Notes: a model not told the origin generated them from the letters alone. DNA of 35,687 nucleotides from an uncultured Deferribacteres bacterium (GCA_964014485.1 CAXHAT010000073.1:1-35687); one strand, 5' to 3'. Shown: positions 8,025 through 19,544, counted from the first letter of the stretch. Numbers and translations: made by a program.

Positions 8025-8876
8025 GTGGAAATAAAACATATCGCAGTTATCGGCGCAGGGACGATGGGGAACGGGATCGCGCACGTTTTCGCGCAAAACG
8101 GATTTGCTGTTTCGATGATTGACCTGAACGAGGAATTTCTGAATCGCGGTTTGAAAACGATTGAGAAAAATCTGGGCAGACAAGTCAAAAAAGGCGCGAT
8201 GACGGAATCGGACGCGACGGATGTGCTCGGAAGAATTGCCGTCAGCACGGAGCTTGAGGCGGCGGCGAATGCGCAGTTGGTCATTGAAGCCGCGACGGAG
8301 AATGCCGATGTTAAAAAAGAGATTTTTGCTAAATTGAGCGATGTAGCCGGCGACGACGCGATTCTGGCTTCGAACACATCTTCAATTTCCATCACTGAAT
8401 TGGCGGCGAAAACGAAGCATCCTGAAAATTTTATCGGGATGCATTTTTTTAATCCCGTGCCCGTGATGAAATTGGTGGAAGTGATTCGCGGCTTGGCGAC
8501 ATCCGACGCTGTTTTCGAAGCGGTGATGGGTTTAAGCGAAAAATTGGGTAAGACACCGGTCGCCGTGAATGATTTTCCCGGCTTTGTTTCAAATCGCGTG
8601 TTGATGCCGATGATCAACGAAGCGATTTTTTGCGTTTTGGAGGGCGTGGCCGAGCCGCAGGCCGTCGATGCTGTGATGAAGCTTGGCATGGCGCACCCGA
8701 TGGGGCCGCTGACGCTAGCGGATTTTATCGGGCTCGACGTTTGCCTGCACATCATGGAAGTTTTGCACATGCAATTGGGCGACGACAAATATCGTCCGTG
8801 CCCGTTGCTCCGCAAAATGGTTGCAGCGGGACGCTTGGGGCGGAAGAGCGGCGAAGGATTTTATAATTATTCTTGA
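8025..8876 (+). CDS. hbd: 3-hydroxybutyryl-CoA dehydrogenase
   Basis: [49 protein letters not shown] and [13 protein letters not shown] start. Confidence 0.95.
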   Translation: MEIKHIAVIGAGTMGNGIAHVFAQNGFAVSMIDLNEEFLNRGLKTIEKNLGRQVKKGAMTESDATDVLGRIAVSTELEAAANAQLVIEAATENADVKKEIFAKLSDVAGDDAILASNTSSISITELAAKTKHPENFIGMHFFNPVPVMKLVEVIRGLATSDAVFEAVMGLSEKLGKTPVAVNDFPGFVSNRVLMPMINEAIFCVLEGVAEPQAVDAVMKLGMAHPMGPLTLADFIGLDVCLHIMEVLHMQLGDDKYRPCPLLRKMVAAGRLGRKSGEGFYNYS

Positions 8877-8899
8877 GATTTATCGAGTTGAGGATAAAG

Positions 8900-10039
8900 A
8901 TGGATTTTTCACTTTCAGAAGAACAAATATTGATTCGGGACACAGCGCGCCAATTTGCACAGAACGAATTGGCGCCGGACGCCCGCGAACGGGACGCCGA
9001 GGAACGCTTCCCAGAAAAACAAGTCAAAAAGATGGGCGAACTTGGCTTTATGGGGATTATGACCGATCCCAAGTATGACGGCGGCGGAATGGATACGGTG
9101 AGCTATTGCCTGCTTATGGAAGAATTGAGCAAGGTCGACGCTTCGGCGGCGGTAATCGTTTCCGTTAATAATTCGCTGGTTTGCGCGGGCATAGAAAAAT
9201 TTGCCACAGAAGAACAAAAAGAAAAATATTTAAAGCCTCTGGCGCGCGGCGATAAGCTCGGCGCCTTTTGTCTCTCAGAGCCTGGAAACGGCTCTGACGC
9301 TTCGGCGCTCAAAACGACGGCGAAGCTGGACGGTGATCATTACATTTTAAACGGCACGAAGAACTGGATTACCAACGGCGTTTATGCGGACATTTACCTG
9401 GTGTTTGCGACGATGGATCGCAATTCCGGTCATCGCGGCGTACGCTGTTTTTTTGTAGAAAAAGGAACGCCCGGATTTTCTGTTGGACATAAGGAAAAAA
9501 AGCTGGGCATTCGCAGCTCGGACACGGCCTCGCTAAATTTTGATAATGTCAGAGTTCCGGCTAAGAATCTCATGGGCGATTCTGAGCGCGGCTTTGCGAT
9601 TGCTTTGACGATTTTGGATGGCGGACGTATCGGCATTGCATCGCAGGCGCTGGGAATTGCGGCGGGATCGCTGGAAGCGGCGATAAAATACGCCAAGGAG
9701 CGCGAACAGTTCGGCAAACCTTTGGCGCGTTTTCAAGCGGTGCAATTTATGATCGCTGAAATGGACGTTCGTATTCGCGCGTCTCGTAATTTGATTTATG
9801 AAGCGGCGGTTTTGAAAGACCAGGACAAGCCGTACAGCCTCGAATCAGCTCGCGCAAAACTATTCGCTTCCGAAACCGCTATGTTTTGTGCAGACAAGGC
9901 GGTGCAAATTCACGGCGGCGTTGGTTATACGAAAGACTATCCGGTAGAGCGTTTTCTGCGCGACGCCAAGATAACCGAGATTTATGAAGGCACCAGCGAG
10001 ATTCAGAAATTGGTGATTTCGCGAAGCGCCTTAAATTGA
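8900..10039 (+). CDS. Acyl-CoA dehydrogenase (butyryl/short branched-chain)
   Basis: FCLSEPGNGSD, NGTKNWITNG, KLGIRSSDT, REQFGKPL, QIHGGVGY and EIYEGTSEIQ. GAGG RBS before ATG 8900. Confidence 0.95.
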   Translation: MDFSLSEEQILIRDTARQFAQNELAPDARERDAEERFPEKQVKKMGELGFMGIMTDPKYDGGGMDTVSYCLLMEELSKVDASAAVIVSVNNSLVCAGIEKFATEEQKEKYLKPLARGDKLGAFCLSEPGNGSDASALKTTAKLDGDHYILNGTKNWITNGVYADIYLVFATMDRNSGHRGVRCFFVEKGTPGFSVGHKEKKLGIRSSDTASLNFDNVRVPAKNLMGDSERGFAIALTILDGGRIGIASQALGIAAGSLEAAIKYAKEREQFGKPLARFQAVQFMIAEMDVRIRASRNLIYEAAVLKDQDKPYSLESARAKLFASETAMFCADKAVQIHGGVGYTKDYPVERFLRDAKITEIYEGTSEIQKLVISRSALN

Positions 10040-10062
10040 AAACAAAAAGCTAAGAAAATAAA

Positions 10063-10986
10063 ATGTCTGTTTTTCGGGAAGATTCTTTAATTTGGGTGGA
10101 TGGCGAGTTGAAGCCCTGGCCTGAAGCGACGATTCATGCGATGTCGCACGTCGTGCATTACGGGTCGAGCATTTTTGAAGGGGTTCGGTGCTACCACACG
10201 GCAAGAGGTCCCGCGATTTTGCGCTTGCGGGAGCATTTGAGGCGTCTTTACGCTTCAGCAAAAATGTATAAAATCAAAATCCCGTTCGAACTGGAAACGT
10301 TGACTGACGCTTGCCAAACCGTAATTCGGGAAAACAAATACGAGGAAGCTTACATCCGCCCGGTTGTGTTTCGAGGCTACGGCGCGATTGGCATAGATCC
10401 GACGAATGCACCGATTCAGACCGTGATCGGCGCATGGCCCTGGGGCAGCTATCTCGGCGAAGAAGCCCTGAAAAAGGGAGTGGACGTCTGCGTCTCGAGT
10501 TGGCAAAAACTGCGACCAAATACGATTCCTGCGATGGGAAAGGCCGGCGGACAGTACTTGCTCTCCCAGCTTGTCAAGATGGAAGCAAAACAAAACGGTT
10601 ACGCTGAAGGGATTTTGTTAGACGCGAACGGCTTTATCAGCGAAGGCTCAGGAGAAAATATTTTTGTGATCCTCGATGGAAAAGCGTATACTACACCTGT
10701 CAGCGCATCGATTCTCGCGGGCGTAACCCGCAATTGTGCGATAACGATTCTAAAGGAACTGAACGTCGAAGTCGTTGAGGCCGTCTTGCCGCGTGAATTT
10801 TTGTATACGGCGGATGAAATTTTTTTTACCGGAACGGCGGCGGAAGTCGCTCCAATTCGCAGCGTCGACAGGATTGACGTTGGGGCTGGAAAACCGGGAG
10901 AAATAACGAAATCGGTGCAAAAGCGTTATTTCGATTTAATTACCGGGCGTTCTGAAGACGTTCACAATTGGCTGACTTTTGTTTAA
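10063..10986 (+). CDS. ilvE: Branched-chain amino acid aminotransferase
   Basis: HYGSSIFEGVR, YIRP, KAGGQY (PLP Lys), EGSGENIF, ILAGVTR and FFTGTAAEV. Confidence 0.95.
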   Translation: MSVFREDSLIWVDGELKPWPEATIHAMSHVVHYGSSIFEGVRCYHTARGPAILRLREHLRRLYASAKMYKIKIPFELETLTDACQTVIRENKYEEAYIRPVVFRGYGAIGIDPTNAPIQTVIGAWPWGSYLGEEALKKGVDVCVSSWQKLRPNTIPAMGKAGGQYLLSQLVKMEAKQNGYAEGILLDANGFISEGSGENIFVILDGKAYTTPVSASILAGVTRNCAITILKELNVEVVEAVLPREFLYTADEIFFTGTAAEVAPIRSVDRIDVGAGKPGEITKSVQKRYFDLITGRSEDVHNWLTFV

Positions 10987-11009
10987 TCATATTTTCTGGC
11001 ATAAGATAA

Positions 11010-11459
11010 ATGGGCAGTAGACGAAAAGCGCGCGAACTGGCATTGCAAGCGTGCTATGCGTACGAATTTTCCGGCAATACGCCTGAGCAAGTCATCGAAA
11101 CGGTGATTTTGCCGAACACAGACAATCGCGTAACCATTGATTTCGCGGTGAAGTTGTTTCGCGAATGCGCGCAGCGGGCTGAACATCTTGATGAATTGAT
11201 CAAGTCGCGTTCTGCGAATTGGGAGTTCGACCGCATCGCCACGATTGATAAACTTGTTTTGCGCGCCGCCATCTGTGAATTTCTCCACTTCGAAGACGTC
11301 CCGCCAAAAGTTTCCATCGATGAAGCCATAGAAATTGCAAAAATGTATAGCACGGATAATAGCGGCCGTTTTGTCAACGGCATTCTCGACGCAGTTTTGA
11401 GCGATCTGACCAAAAAGGGGTTGCTCAAAAAGACTGGCAGGGGAACCGAAGATCGTTAA
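11010..11459 (+). CDS. nusB: Transcription antitermination factor NusB
   Basis: RRKARELALQACY, NWEFDRIATIDKLVLR, VPPKVSIDEAIEIAK and FVNGILD. Confidence 0.95.
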   Translation: MGSRRKARELALQACYAYEFSGNTPEQVIETVILPNTDNRVTIDFAVKLFRECAQRAEHLDELIKSRSANWEFDRIATIDKLVLRAAICEFLHFEDVPPKVSIDEAIEIAKMYSTDNSGRFVNGILDAVLSDLTKKGLLKKTGRGTEDR

Positions 11460-11480
11460 GTCAAGGAGTATTTTTGACAT

Positions 11481-14400
11481 ATGTTTACGAAGTTAGTTAC
11501 GAAGGTTTTTGGCAGCAAGCACGACCGCGACATCAAAAAGATAGCGCCGGCCATTGACGAAATTAACGCACATTTTGAAACGCTCGCGGATTTGAGCGAT
11601 GATGAATTGCGCCAAAAATCGGATGAATTCAGACAAAAGATTCAGGATGAAACGAAAGAAGTTACAGATGAAATTTCTAAACTTCGCGGAGCGTTAAGGG
11701 GCGATTTTGAGACAAACGGCGCTTTGGAAGGCGAAGACGATCTTTCCAGTTTAAGCAGCGATGACTTACGCTCGCAGGTTGCGGAACTTGAAGAAGAAGA
11801 AGCGGAAATCATCAAAGAAACTCTGGAAGAAATTCTGCCGGAAGCGTTTGCCGTCGTAAAGGAAACGTGCCGCAGAATGGTTGGTCAAAAATGGTTTGTC
11901 GTCGGCCAAACAATTGAATGGGACATGGTGCATTACGACGTCCAGCTTTTGGGTGGCATTGCTTTGCATCAGGGCAAGATCGCGGAAATGGCCACCGGCG
12001 AAGGCAAAACGTTAGTGGCGACATTGCCGCTTTATTTGAATGCGCTTACGGGCAAAGGCGTTCACTTGGTCACGGTAAATGATTACCTGGCGCAGCGCGA
12101 TTGCGAATGGATGGGAAAAGTCTTTGAATTTCTCGGCGTTACAACGGCGGCTATTACGCATGACATGAATAATGACGAACGCCGCGCCGCCTACCAGGCA
12201 GACATTACCTACGGCACCAACAATGAGTTTGGATTCGATTATCTCCGTGATAATATGGCCGTTCGCCTCGAAGACCGCGTGCAGCGCCAGCATTGGTACG
12301 CGATTGTGGACGAGGTCGATTCCGTACTTATTGACGAAGCGCGGACGCCCCTGATCATTTCCGGGCCCGTGGAAAGTTCTTCGAATGAACAGTATCAGAT
12401 CATGAAGCCGCGCGTTGAAGGTTTGGTCAGAAAGCAAGGTCATCTGATCAATAAAATGGTTGGTGACGCTGAAAAAATTTTAGATGACAAAGACAAACAA
12501 GAAGAAGCCGGATTGCTTTTGCTGAAAGCGCAGCGCGGCGCGCCGAAGCACAAAAAACTGACCAAAATTCTCAATGAAACCGGCGTCAAACGTCTCGTTC
12601 GCGGCATTGAAGGCGACTTCATTCGCGATAAAAAATTGCACGAGGTAGACGAAGACCTTTATTATGCAATTGATGAAAAAGCGAACACGATTGACATGAC
12701 GGACAAAGGGCGCGAATTTCTTTCGCCAAACGATCCCGAAATGTTTGTTCTGCCTGAGCTCAGTGAATTGACCCATGCCGTGGACAAGGATGAGTCACTG
12801 GATAAGCAGACCAAGCTTGAGCGAAAAGAGAAGATTTTTAACGACTACACTTTGAAGGCAGACGAGCTTCAAAGTATTCAGCAACTGCTCAAAGCGTACT
12901 CGCTTTTCGAAAAAGACGTTGAATATGTCGTCGCTGAGGGCAAGGTGGTTATCGTCGATGAGTTCACTGGACGCTTGATGGCCGGGCGACGTTTCAGCGA
13001 CGGGCTGCACCAGGCGCTGGAAGCGAAGGAAGGGGTAAAAATCGAAGGCGAAACTCAGACGCTGGCGACAATCACTCTGCAGAACTATTTTCGGATGTAC
13101 AAAAAACTGGCGGGCATGACCGGAACGGCGGAAACCGAGGCGGGCGAGTTCTGGGAAATTTATAAACTCGACGTTTTGGTCATCCCGACCAATCAGGCAA
13201 TCGCGAGAGCGGACGAGGATGACCAGGTTTACAAAACACGCCGTGAAAAGTACAACGCACTCATCGATGAAATCGCAGAAAAATATGAGGCGAAACAACC
13301 GGTTTTGGTCGGTACGATCACTGTCGACGTTTCCGAAACTTTGGGGCGCATGTTGAAGCGTCGCGGCATTCCGCATTCTGTGCTGAACGCGAAGCAGCAT
13401 CAAAAAGAAGCTGAGATAGTCGCCAACGCAGGGCAGCCTGGTAGAATCACAATTGCAACAAACATGGCGGGGCGTGGAACGGATATCAAGCTTGGCGCAG
13501 GCGTTGTACAGACAAACGAAAACGGAGAAAAGATCGGCGGGCTCCATATTATCGGAACGGAACGCCACGAATCGCGTCGCATTGATCGTCAGCTGCGCGG
13601 GCGAAGCGGGCGGCAGGGCGATCCGGGCTCTTCAAGATTTTACCTTTCGCTTGAAGATGATTTGATGCGCTTGTTCAGCCCTGAGCGCATCGTCAATGTG
13701 ATGGATCGTCTTGGCCTGGAAGAAGGCGAAGTGATTGAACATCCGATGATCACGAAAAGCATTGAGCGGGCGCAAAAACGGGTTGAAGGACACAACTTTG
13801 AAATCCGGAAGCATCTTCTGGAGTATGACAATGTGATGAACCAGCAGCGCGAAGTCATCTATGATCGTCGCGGGCACGCGCTACGCGGGGAGAGCTTGCG
13901 CGACGAGACGATTGAAATGCTTCGCGAATCCGTTGTGGGAATTGTTAGTCAGTATGCAAACGCAGACATGTATTCCGAAGAGTGGGACGTCTCCACGATC
14001 CGCACGGAATTTGAAACAATGTTTCTTGCGGAGTGGCCTCTGAAAGAAGAAGACGAGCACGAACTCAACGTCGAAGAATTGGAAGAGAAATTGTTCGAAG
14101 CGGCTTTAGACGCCTACAAGATGCGCGAAGAAGTTTTCGGCAATGAGACGATGCGCGATCTTGAAAGACGCGCTCAGTTGATGACAATTGACTTTAAGTG
14201 GCGAGATCATTTGTATGAAATGGATCGCTTGAAGGAAGGCATCAACCTTCGCGCTTATGGTCAAAAAGACCCGTTGATTGAATACAAACGTGAAGGATTT
14301 GCGCTTTTTCAATCGATGCTTGAGTCAATTAGTCAAGATATTCTGAAGCTCATTTTCCGGGCGCAACTACAGCAACCTGAGGCTATGCCGAGGCGCCGAA

Positions 14401-14606
14401 GCACGACGCCAAAACAAATGGTCGCGTCCCATCAAAGTACGGAAGGGATGGGATTTAGCGGAAGGCCAAACCCGCAGGCGCCGCGCCAGCAACAAGCCGG
14501 GAAACAAAAGCCGGTCGTCGCGGAGCAGAAGGTCGGCAGAAACGAGCCTTGCCCGTGTGGATCGGGGAAAAAGTACAAAAAATGTCATGGAAAGGTCGCC
14601 GCATAG
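11481..14606 (+). CDS. secA: Preprotein translocase ATPase SecA
   Basis: [67 protein letters not shown] and a C-terminal SEC-C motif [19 protein letters not shown]. Confidence 0.98.
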   Translation: MFTKLVTKVFGSKHDRDIKKIAPAIDEINAHFETLADLSDDELRQKSDEFRQKIQDETKEVTDEISKLRGALRGDFETNGALEGEDDLSSLSSDDLRSQVAELEEEEAEIIKETLEEILPEAFAVVKETCRRMVGQKWFVVGQTIEWDMVHYDVQLLGGIALHQGKIAEMATGEGKTLVATLPLYLNALTGKGVHLVTVNDYLAQRDCEWMGKVFEFLGVTTAAITHDMNNDERRAAYQADITYGTNNEFGFDYLRDNMAVRLEDRVQRQHWYAIVDEVDSVLIDEARTPLIISGPVESSSNEQYQIMKPRVEGLVRKQGHLINKMVGDAEKILDDKDKQEEAGLLLLKAQRGAPKHKKLTKILNETGVKRLVRGIEGDFIRDKKLHEVDEDLYYAIDEKANTIDMTDKGREFLSPNDPEMFVLPELSELTHAVDKDESLDKQTKLERKEKIFNDYTLKADELQSIQQLLKAYSLFEKDVEYVVAEGKVVIVDEFTGRLMAGRRFSDGLHQALEAKEGVKIEGETQTLATITLQNYFRMYKKLAGMTGTAETEAGEFWEIYKLDVLVIPTNQAIARADEDDQVYKTRREKYNALIDEIAEKYEAKQPVLVGTITVDVSETLGRMLKRRGIPHSVLNAKQHQKEAEIVANAGQPGRITIATNMAGRGTDIKLGAGVVQTNENGEKIGGLHIIGTERHESRRIDRQLRGRSGRQGDPGSSRFYLSLEDDLMRLFSPERIVNVMDRLGLEEGEVIEHPMITKSIERAQKRVEGHNFEIRKHLLEYDNVMNQQREVIYDRRGHALRGESLRDETIEMLRESVVGIVSQYANADMYSEEWDVSTIRTEFETMFLAEWPLKEEDEHELNVEELEEKLFEAALDAYKMREEVFGNETMRDLERRAQLMTIDFKWRDHLYEMDRLKEGINLRAYGQKDPLIEYKREGFALFQSMLESISQDILKLIFRAQLQQPEAMPRRRSTTPKQMVASHQSTEGMGFSGRPNPQAPRQQQAGKQKPVVAEQKVGRNEPCPCGSGKKYKKCHGKVAA

Positions 14607-14720
14607 AACGCTTTGAGCAATTTGGGTAAGCTGTTTTTAAGCGTCGTTATTAGTTTTCCATACACTCTGCTCAAAACGAATATACCGAGACAAAACCTGA
14701 CGCCAAACCCTTAAAATGCT

Positions 14721-14748
14721 TTGCTTTTCGAGCGCATTTTGTTAGATT
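14721..14748 (+). promoter_or_regulatory. Candidate sigma70 promoter for smg-xerC
   Basis: TTGCTT, 16 nt, TAGATT with extended TGn, about 40 nt upstream of ATG 14788. Confidence 0.4.
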
Positions 14749-14787
14749 TGGGAAAAGAAAGCCCTTTTTTCGGATGAAGAAATTGAT

Positions 14788-15258
14788 ATGAATGAACGCG
14801 TTGTTGAAATTCTCGTTTTTATCGTAAATCAAATACGAGAAGATCGCGAATTTCTGAGTAATTTGGATTTACTGTCCGAAGATTTGCTGGATAAAGGGTA
14901 TTCTCAAAATGAAATCACCTCAGCGTTTTCCTGGCTGCTCGACCGGACCGACGCTGATTTCGAAGAGATTCTCAAAAACGTTAACCCTGAGAGCGGCTTT
15001 TCGTTCCGTGTTTTACACGATCTTGAAGCCATGATCATTTCGCCGGAAGCCTACGGCTACCTTCTGCAACTCAAATCGCTGGACTTGCTCGATGACTTCG
15101 AAATAGAGTGTATTATTGAACGCTCAATGATGCTTGGTTCATCAGAAGTCGATTTGATTGAAATTAAGCCGATCGTCGCATCTATTCTGGCGCAAACGAA
15201 CAGAGGGTCGACGGCGAATTACGAAATGATCGAAAGCGCCGGTGCAACAATTCACTAA
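14788..15258 (+). CDS. smg: Smg / DUF494 family protein
   Basis: ERVVEILVFI, LLDKGYSQNEITSAFSWL, FRVLHDLEAMIISPEAYGYLLQL and IECIIER. Confidence 0.85.
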   Translation: MNERVVEILVFIVNQIREDREFLSNLDLLSEDLLDKGYSQNEITSAFSWLLDRTDADFEEILKNVNPESGFSFRVLHDLEAMIISPEAYGYLLQLKSLDLLDDFEIECIIERSMMLGSSEVDLIEIKPIVASILAQTNRGSTANYEMIESAGATIH

Positions 15259-15295
15259 GCCGCCGGTCGGGGGACGTTTAGTCATAGGAAAAGGG

Positions 15296-16228
15296 ATGAA
15301 CAACTTGTTCTCTAAAGATCTTCCTGTACACATCCACGCTTTCCTTAAAAACCTCGAGACCTTCAAGCGCGCATCCCAATTTACGATTTCCGCATACCGG
15401 ATTGATTTAGAAAAATTCAACGCTTTCCTCCAGGACAACTTCGCGCCTTGCCAAATTTCACGTTTCCATATTCGAAAATATTTGGCTTTTCTGGCCGCGA
15501 ACAATCGCAAGCCCGCGACGATGAATCGCAAGCTGGCTTCATTGCGCTCTTTTTTTAAGTATTTGATAAAGGAAGGCGTGGTTGATACGAATCCGACTTT
15601 CAACATTTCTTTTCAAAAGAAAGAAAAAGGCCTGCCTAAAACGCTCACGCGCAGCCAAATTGACCATGTTCTGCGAGAGACCGGCGAAGAAACGACGGTC
15701 GAGCTGCGAGACCTTACAATTGTTCATCTTTTTTATGCCGCGGGCTTAAGGCTTAGAGAGTTGACAGGGTTGACTTTGGATCATGTTGACCGAAATCGAG
15801 GGTTACTGAAGATCAAAGGAAAAGGAGGACGCTATCGACAGATTCCATTAACGGCTAGAAGCACGGGTTTGCTGGAGCGCTGGATAGAGATAAGGCAAGC
15901 GTGGCTGACGGGGGCTTCCTTGTACGAATGCGAAAGAGCGTTTTTCGTGCGAGAAGACGGCGCCGCGCTCAAACCAATCGAAGTCTACAAAATTGTGACC
16001 TCGATTCTCGTTCGCGTAGCAGAATTCGGCAATACCCATCCGCATGTTCTTCGTCACAGTTTTGCCACTCACTTGCTGGACGAAGGCGCTGACCTCGTTG
16101 CTGTCAAAGACTTGTTAGGACACAAAAGTCTCTCGACGACTCAAGTTTACACTCATGTTTCACCACGTCGATTGCAGGCGGCCTATTCTCAGGCTCACCC
16201 ACGCGCAGCTAAACGAGGGAAAAGCTAA
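15296..16228 (+). CDS. xerC: Tyrosine recombinase XerC-like
   Basis: SAM-like N-domain (TISAYRIDL, RKLASLRSFFKYL) and intact catalytic set GLRLREL, KGKGG, HVLRHSFATHLL, LLGH and TQVYTH. Adjacent to hpf. Confidence 0.88.
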   Translation: MNNLFSKDLPVHIHAFLKNLETFKRASQFTISAYRIDLEKFNAFLQDNFAPCQISRFHIRKYLAFLAANNRKPATMNRKLASLRSFFKYLIKEGVVDTNPTFNISFQKKEKGLPKTLTRSQIDHVLRETGEETTVELRDLTIVHLFYAAGLRLRELTGLTLDHVDRNRGLLKIKGKGGRYRQIPLTARSTGLLERWIEIRQAWLTGASLYECERAFFVREDGAALKPIEVYKIVTSILVRVAEFGNTHPHVLRHSFATHLLDEGADLVAVKDLLGHKSLSTTQVYTHVSPRRLQAAYSQAHPRAAKRGKS

Positions 16229-16284
16229 ATCGCTGCGTTGCCGTCGACTTTGTAACAATGTTACATTTATTTAGGAGGTTCAAA

Positions 16285-16623
16285 ATGCGTACTCGATTCA
16301 CCGCCAGACATTACAAAGCTCCGGAAAAATTGAAAGATTTTGCTGAAAACGAGGTTCAACGACTCACGAAATTCAATGATAACATTGTGGATTGCGAGAT
16401 AATCCTAGACTACGAAAAGCAGACGCAAGTCGCGGAGATCATTCTAAGCGTTCAAGGGCAAAGATTGACCGCTGTTGAAAAGAGTGAAAACGTACGGAAG
16501 TCAATAACTCTTGCCGCCGATAAGCTCGAAAAACAACTGAAAAAGATTAAGACCAAGCAGCAAAAGAAAGGAAAGCCAAAAGCCGGTGAACTGCTTGCCG
16601 ATGCTTACGCTGAAGAAGCCTGA
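16285..16623 (+). CDS. hpf: Ribosome hibernation promoting factor (HPF/RaiA, short form)
   Basis: MRTRFTARH...LKDFAENEVQRL...AEIIL...SITLAADKLEKQLKK. Strong AGGAGG RBS. Confidence 0.85.
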   Translation: MRTRFTARHYKAPEKLKDFAENEVQRLTKFNDNIVDCEIILDYEKQTQVAEIILSVQGQRLTAVEKSENVRKSITLAADKLEKQLKKIKTKQQKKGKPKAGELLADAYAEEA

Positions 16624-16633
16624 TTGATTTTAT

Positions 16634-16670
16634 AGAGCAAGGGGCGCAGACCGCCTCTTGCTCTTTTTTT
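16634..16670 (+). terminator. Intrinsic terminator after hpf
   Basis: 13-bp stem agagcaaggggcg/cgcctcttgctct (one G:U) with a 5-nt loop, followed by a T-tract. Confidence 0.8.
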
Positions 16671-16688
16671 ATTCAGAAGGAGTGCAAT

Positions 16689-17714
16689 TTGAATAAACTC
16701 GACGTCAAAACGCTTTACGAAGAAAACAGCGACCGCCTGAAGCTGAAAGTTATCAACGCCAAGCACAGTTTTGACAGAATGATCCAGGAAGGCGACCTTC
16801 ATCGACCCGGATTGGCTTTGACGGGTTTTGTCAAGGTGTACACCTTTCAGCGCGTTCAAATTCTCGGCAATACGGAAATGGGTTACTTGGCGGATTTGGA
16901 TTCCGAAAAGAGAAAAAAAGCCTTTTCGACCCTTTGTAATTTTGAGCTTCCCTGCATAATCGTCACCAACGCGCATGAGATTTTCCCTGAGATGGCTCAG
17001 GTTGCCGACGAGAACAAAATTACGATTTTTTCAACGCCGCTCAACACCACGCAACTGATGCACTTGCTCAGTGATTTTATGGATTTCATGTTTGCACCGG
17101 CCATCACGGTGCACGGCAGCCTGGTTGACGTTTATGGCATGGGCGTTCTTTTTACAGGCCGATCCGGCATTGGAAAAAGCGAAATAGCGCTTGATCTCGT
17201 TGAGCGCGGCCATCGCCTCGTGGCGGATGACGTCGTGAATATCAGCAGGCACGCGGGGGACAAGCTGATCGGGCGGGGCAGCGAACTTTTGCAGCATCAC
17301 ATGGAAATTCGGGGACTTGGCATCATCGACGTGAAGAATTTGTTTGGCGTCAACTCTGTCCGCGCGCAAAAACGGATTGAAGTTGAAGTTCACCTGGCCG
17401 AATGGCGTGACGAGGAGGAGTATGAGCGAATCGGTTTGGACGAAGACGCGGCGGAATACCTCGGCGTCAAAGTGCCGATCATTCAACTGCCCATTTTCCC
17501 TGGTAAAAACATCACGGTTATTGCGGAAGTGATTGCGCTGAACCAAATGCTGAAGCTCTACGGCCACAACACCGCACAGCTTTTTAGCGACCGATTGCTG
17601 CGAAAAATTCAACAAAAAAAATCGACCGATGAATTTCAGGAAATTCAGCCGTCGCCGTCAAAACCGTTTACACGAAGAAGCTTGCAAAGGTATTTGGCGA
17701 GAGACTACGAATGA
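16689..17714 (+). CDS. hprK: HPr kinase/phosphorylase
   Basis: RPGLALTGF, RVQILGNTE, HGSLVDVYGMGV, Walker A GRSGIGKSE, GHRLVADD and MEIRGLGII. TTG start with AAGGAG RBS. Confidence 0.96.
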   Translation: MNKLDVKTLYEENSDRLKLKVINAKHSFDRMIQEGDLHRPGLALTGFVKVYTFQRVQILGNTEMGYLADLDSEKRKKAFSTLCNFELPCIIVTNAHEIFPEMAQVADENKITIFSTPLNTTQLMHLLSDFMDFMFAPAITVHGSLVDVYGMGVLFTGRSGIGKSEIALDLVERGHRLVADDVVNISRHAGDKLIGRGSELLQHHMEIRGLGIIDVKNLFGVNSVRAQKRIEVEVHLAEWRDEEEYERIGLDEDAAEYLGVKVPIIQLPIFPGKNITVIAEVIALNQMLKLYGHNTAQLFSDRLLRKIQQKKSTDEFQEIQPSPSKPFTRRSLQRYLARDYE

Positions 17715-17750
17715 TTTGTGAACCAAAACTTGACCTTGCCATAGATTCCG

Positions 17751-19544
17751 TCATCTCAGAAGTATAAGTTTTTGAGTGCGACGACTCCCGCCCGCCAAAA
17801 GTCTGTAAAAATAAACTCCCGAAGATAACACCGCTCCGTTTCGGTCGACGCCGCTCCAATTTACGGAATGCTCACCGCTCTGAAAACTTCCTTTGACGAC
17901 CGTCGAGATCAGCTTCCCCGCAATTGAAAAAACGTCCAGACTGACAAATTCTTCTTTTGGCAGTGTGAACGTGAATGTTGTACCGGCGTTAAACGGATTT
18001 GGGTAATTCGCGACGCTGAGATCAAATTCTCTCGGCGCAAAGCTTTGATCCTGAACGCTTGTCGTAGTGCGCAATCGAAAGTCTCCAATAACGGGTAAAT
18101 GATCAGAGGCGATGGTGGCGTCTTCAGGGTTCAGCAAATAGACTGAGAGCGTATCGTTAGGCAAATCTCTCGTAAAAAGAGTGTAGCTGTTTTGCGGTTC
18201 GAAAACGCTGCCGCTGTAAATGATAAAATCGAGTTTGCCCGGACTGAAGCTGCTCGTTTCACGAAACCAGGTGAAAAACATGCGCGAAGCGACATGGCGC
18301 GGCAATAACATTTCAAAGTCGGAGTCGTCCCAATCCGGCGAAAATGACGCGCCAAATTCCGGGTTGATAATCTCACCCGTGAGAAGCGACGTGAGCTGTT
18401 GAGACTGGCCGACAAGATTGAAATCTCCAACAATGACAATCGGCGTTTGTGCTGGTAAATCGATTACGTCGTGTTTTCCCTGCTTGGCGTCGCGAATCAA
18501 GGCCATCATAGCGTCAATCTCAAATTGCCTGCCCGTATCGTTGCCGCAGCACGGCGGATGGGCGACGATCAGAAAAAGATCGCTGTCGAATTCCGGGCGC
18601 AAGTTGAGCAAAAAAGCGCCGTTCCCGGTTGTTGCTATTGATTTAGTGATCGGAAATCGAGCCGCGACAATATTATCCGGTCCTTGTTTCGCGGCATACC
18701 ATCGTTGGTCCTCCGAAAGCGGCAGGACTGCTTGCATCAAAAGCAGGACGTCCTCCGCCGAAGCATTGTAAATTTCTTGAAAACCGATGACGTCCGGGCG
18801 AACGGCTCGGAGTATGCGCGAGAAAGCGCCGCGTCGTTCAGGTGCGGGATCGAAAAGACCGTCAAATTCGACGTTCCAGGAGAGAATGCGCAGGTCGTCA
18901 GTCTTGAACTTCGCCAACGTTTTGGGCGTGACGTTCGGCGCCAGAGTTTTGTCAAATGTATAAGTCAGGGTTTCGCCTGATTCCGGCAAAAAATCGCCGG
19001 CGCTGGTCTTTTCAGTAAAGGCGATTCTGATGCTGTCGGAAGTGAAAAGAGGATTCAATCCGTCTGGCGTTGCTTCCAGATCCAACGCGATTTCAAACCG
19101 GGTGGAAGATACGGTCGGTGAAGTTACAAGACTGACCGCGCTGTGGATGATTTGCGTAAAGCCGCCGTCCTGCCAAAAAACGCCAAGCCTTTCCCCGAAC
19201 CGCCATTCAAGCTCCGCTCCAATGCCGTTGAAACTTGCGCCGGTTGCCGTGTTGTGATCGGCGTCAATATACATGGCGATTCTGTTGTTTTCCTGCATGT
19301 TGATTTCGTTGACGCCTATTTCCAAAGAAAGGTAAAGGCGGCGCTCGTCGACGGCCATTTTTAGTTCGCCGAAATCTATGGCTCCCGGCGAATGATCCTG
19401 TCGGGCGTCTGAATAAACAACAGGCACGGAACTCCAGTCCTGAAATTGTCCGTCCATGAATATTTCTTGTGCGAAAAGATTCAAAGGGCAAGAAACGCAA
19501 ACGATAAAAATGAAGCGGCGAGACGCATTTGTAAGAAGTCGCAT
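17751..19544 (-). CDS. Secreted endonuclease/exonuclease/phosphatase (EEP) family protein with a DOMON/CBM9-like N-domain and T9SS/FlgD-like C-terminal domain
   Basis: Signal peptide ..NLFA|Q. EEP motifs ILSWNV, DVIGFQE, VGDFN, LDFIIY and SDHLPV. C-terminus NYPNPFN...SSGVYFYRL...KLILLR. ORF track start is 19577. Confidence 0.88.
   Translation of the reverse strand: MRLLTNASRRFIFIVCVSCPLNLFAQEIFMDGQFQDWSSVPVVYSDARQDHSPGAIDFGELKMAVDERRLYLSLEIGVNEINMQENNRIAMYIDADHNTATGASFNGIGAELEWRFGERLGVFWQDGGFTQIIHSAVSLVTSPTVSSTRFEIALDLEATPDGLNPLFTSDSIRIAFTEKTSAGDFLPESGETLTYTFDKTLAPNVTPKTLAKFKTDDLRILSWNVEFDGLFDPAPERRGAFSRILRAVRPDVIGFQEIYNASAEDVLLLMQAVLPLSEDQRWYAAKQGPDNIVAARFPITKSIATTGNGAFLLNLRPEFDSDLFLIVAHPPCCGNDTGRQFEIDAMMALIRDAKQGKHDVIDLPAQTPIVIVGDFNLVGQSQQLTSLLTGEIINPEFGASFSPDWDDSDFEMLLPRHVASRMFFTWFRETSSFSPGKLDFIIYSGSVFEPQNSYTLFTRDLPNDTLSVYLLNPEDATIASDHLPVIGDFRLRTTTSVQDQSFAPREFDLSVANYPNPFNAGTTFTFTLPKEEFVSLDVFSIAGKLISTVVKGSFQSGEHSVNWSGVDRNGAVLSSGVYFYRLLAGGSRRTQKLILLR

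Noticed and set aside
15296..16228. Tyrosine recombinase as an integron or prophage integrase
   Set aside because: XerC-like size and motifs, no integron-specific insertion, housekeeping context (smg, hpf, hprK), and no attC array or phage genes.
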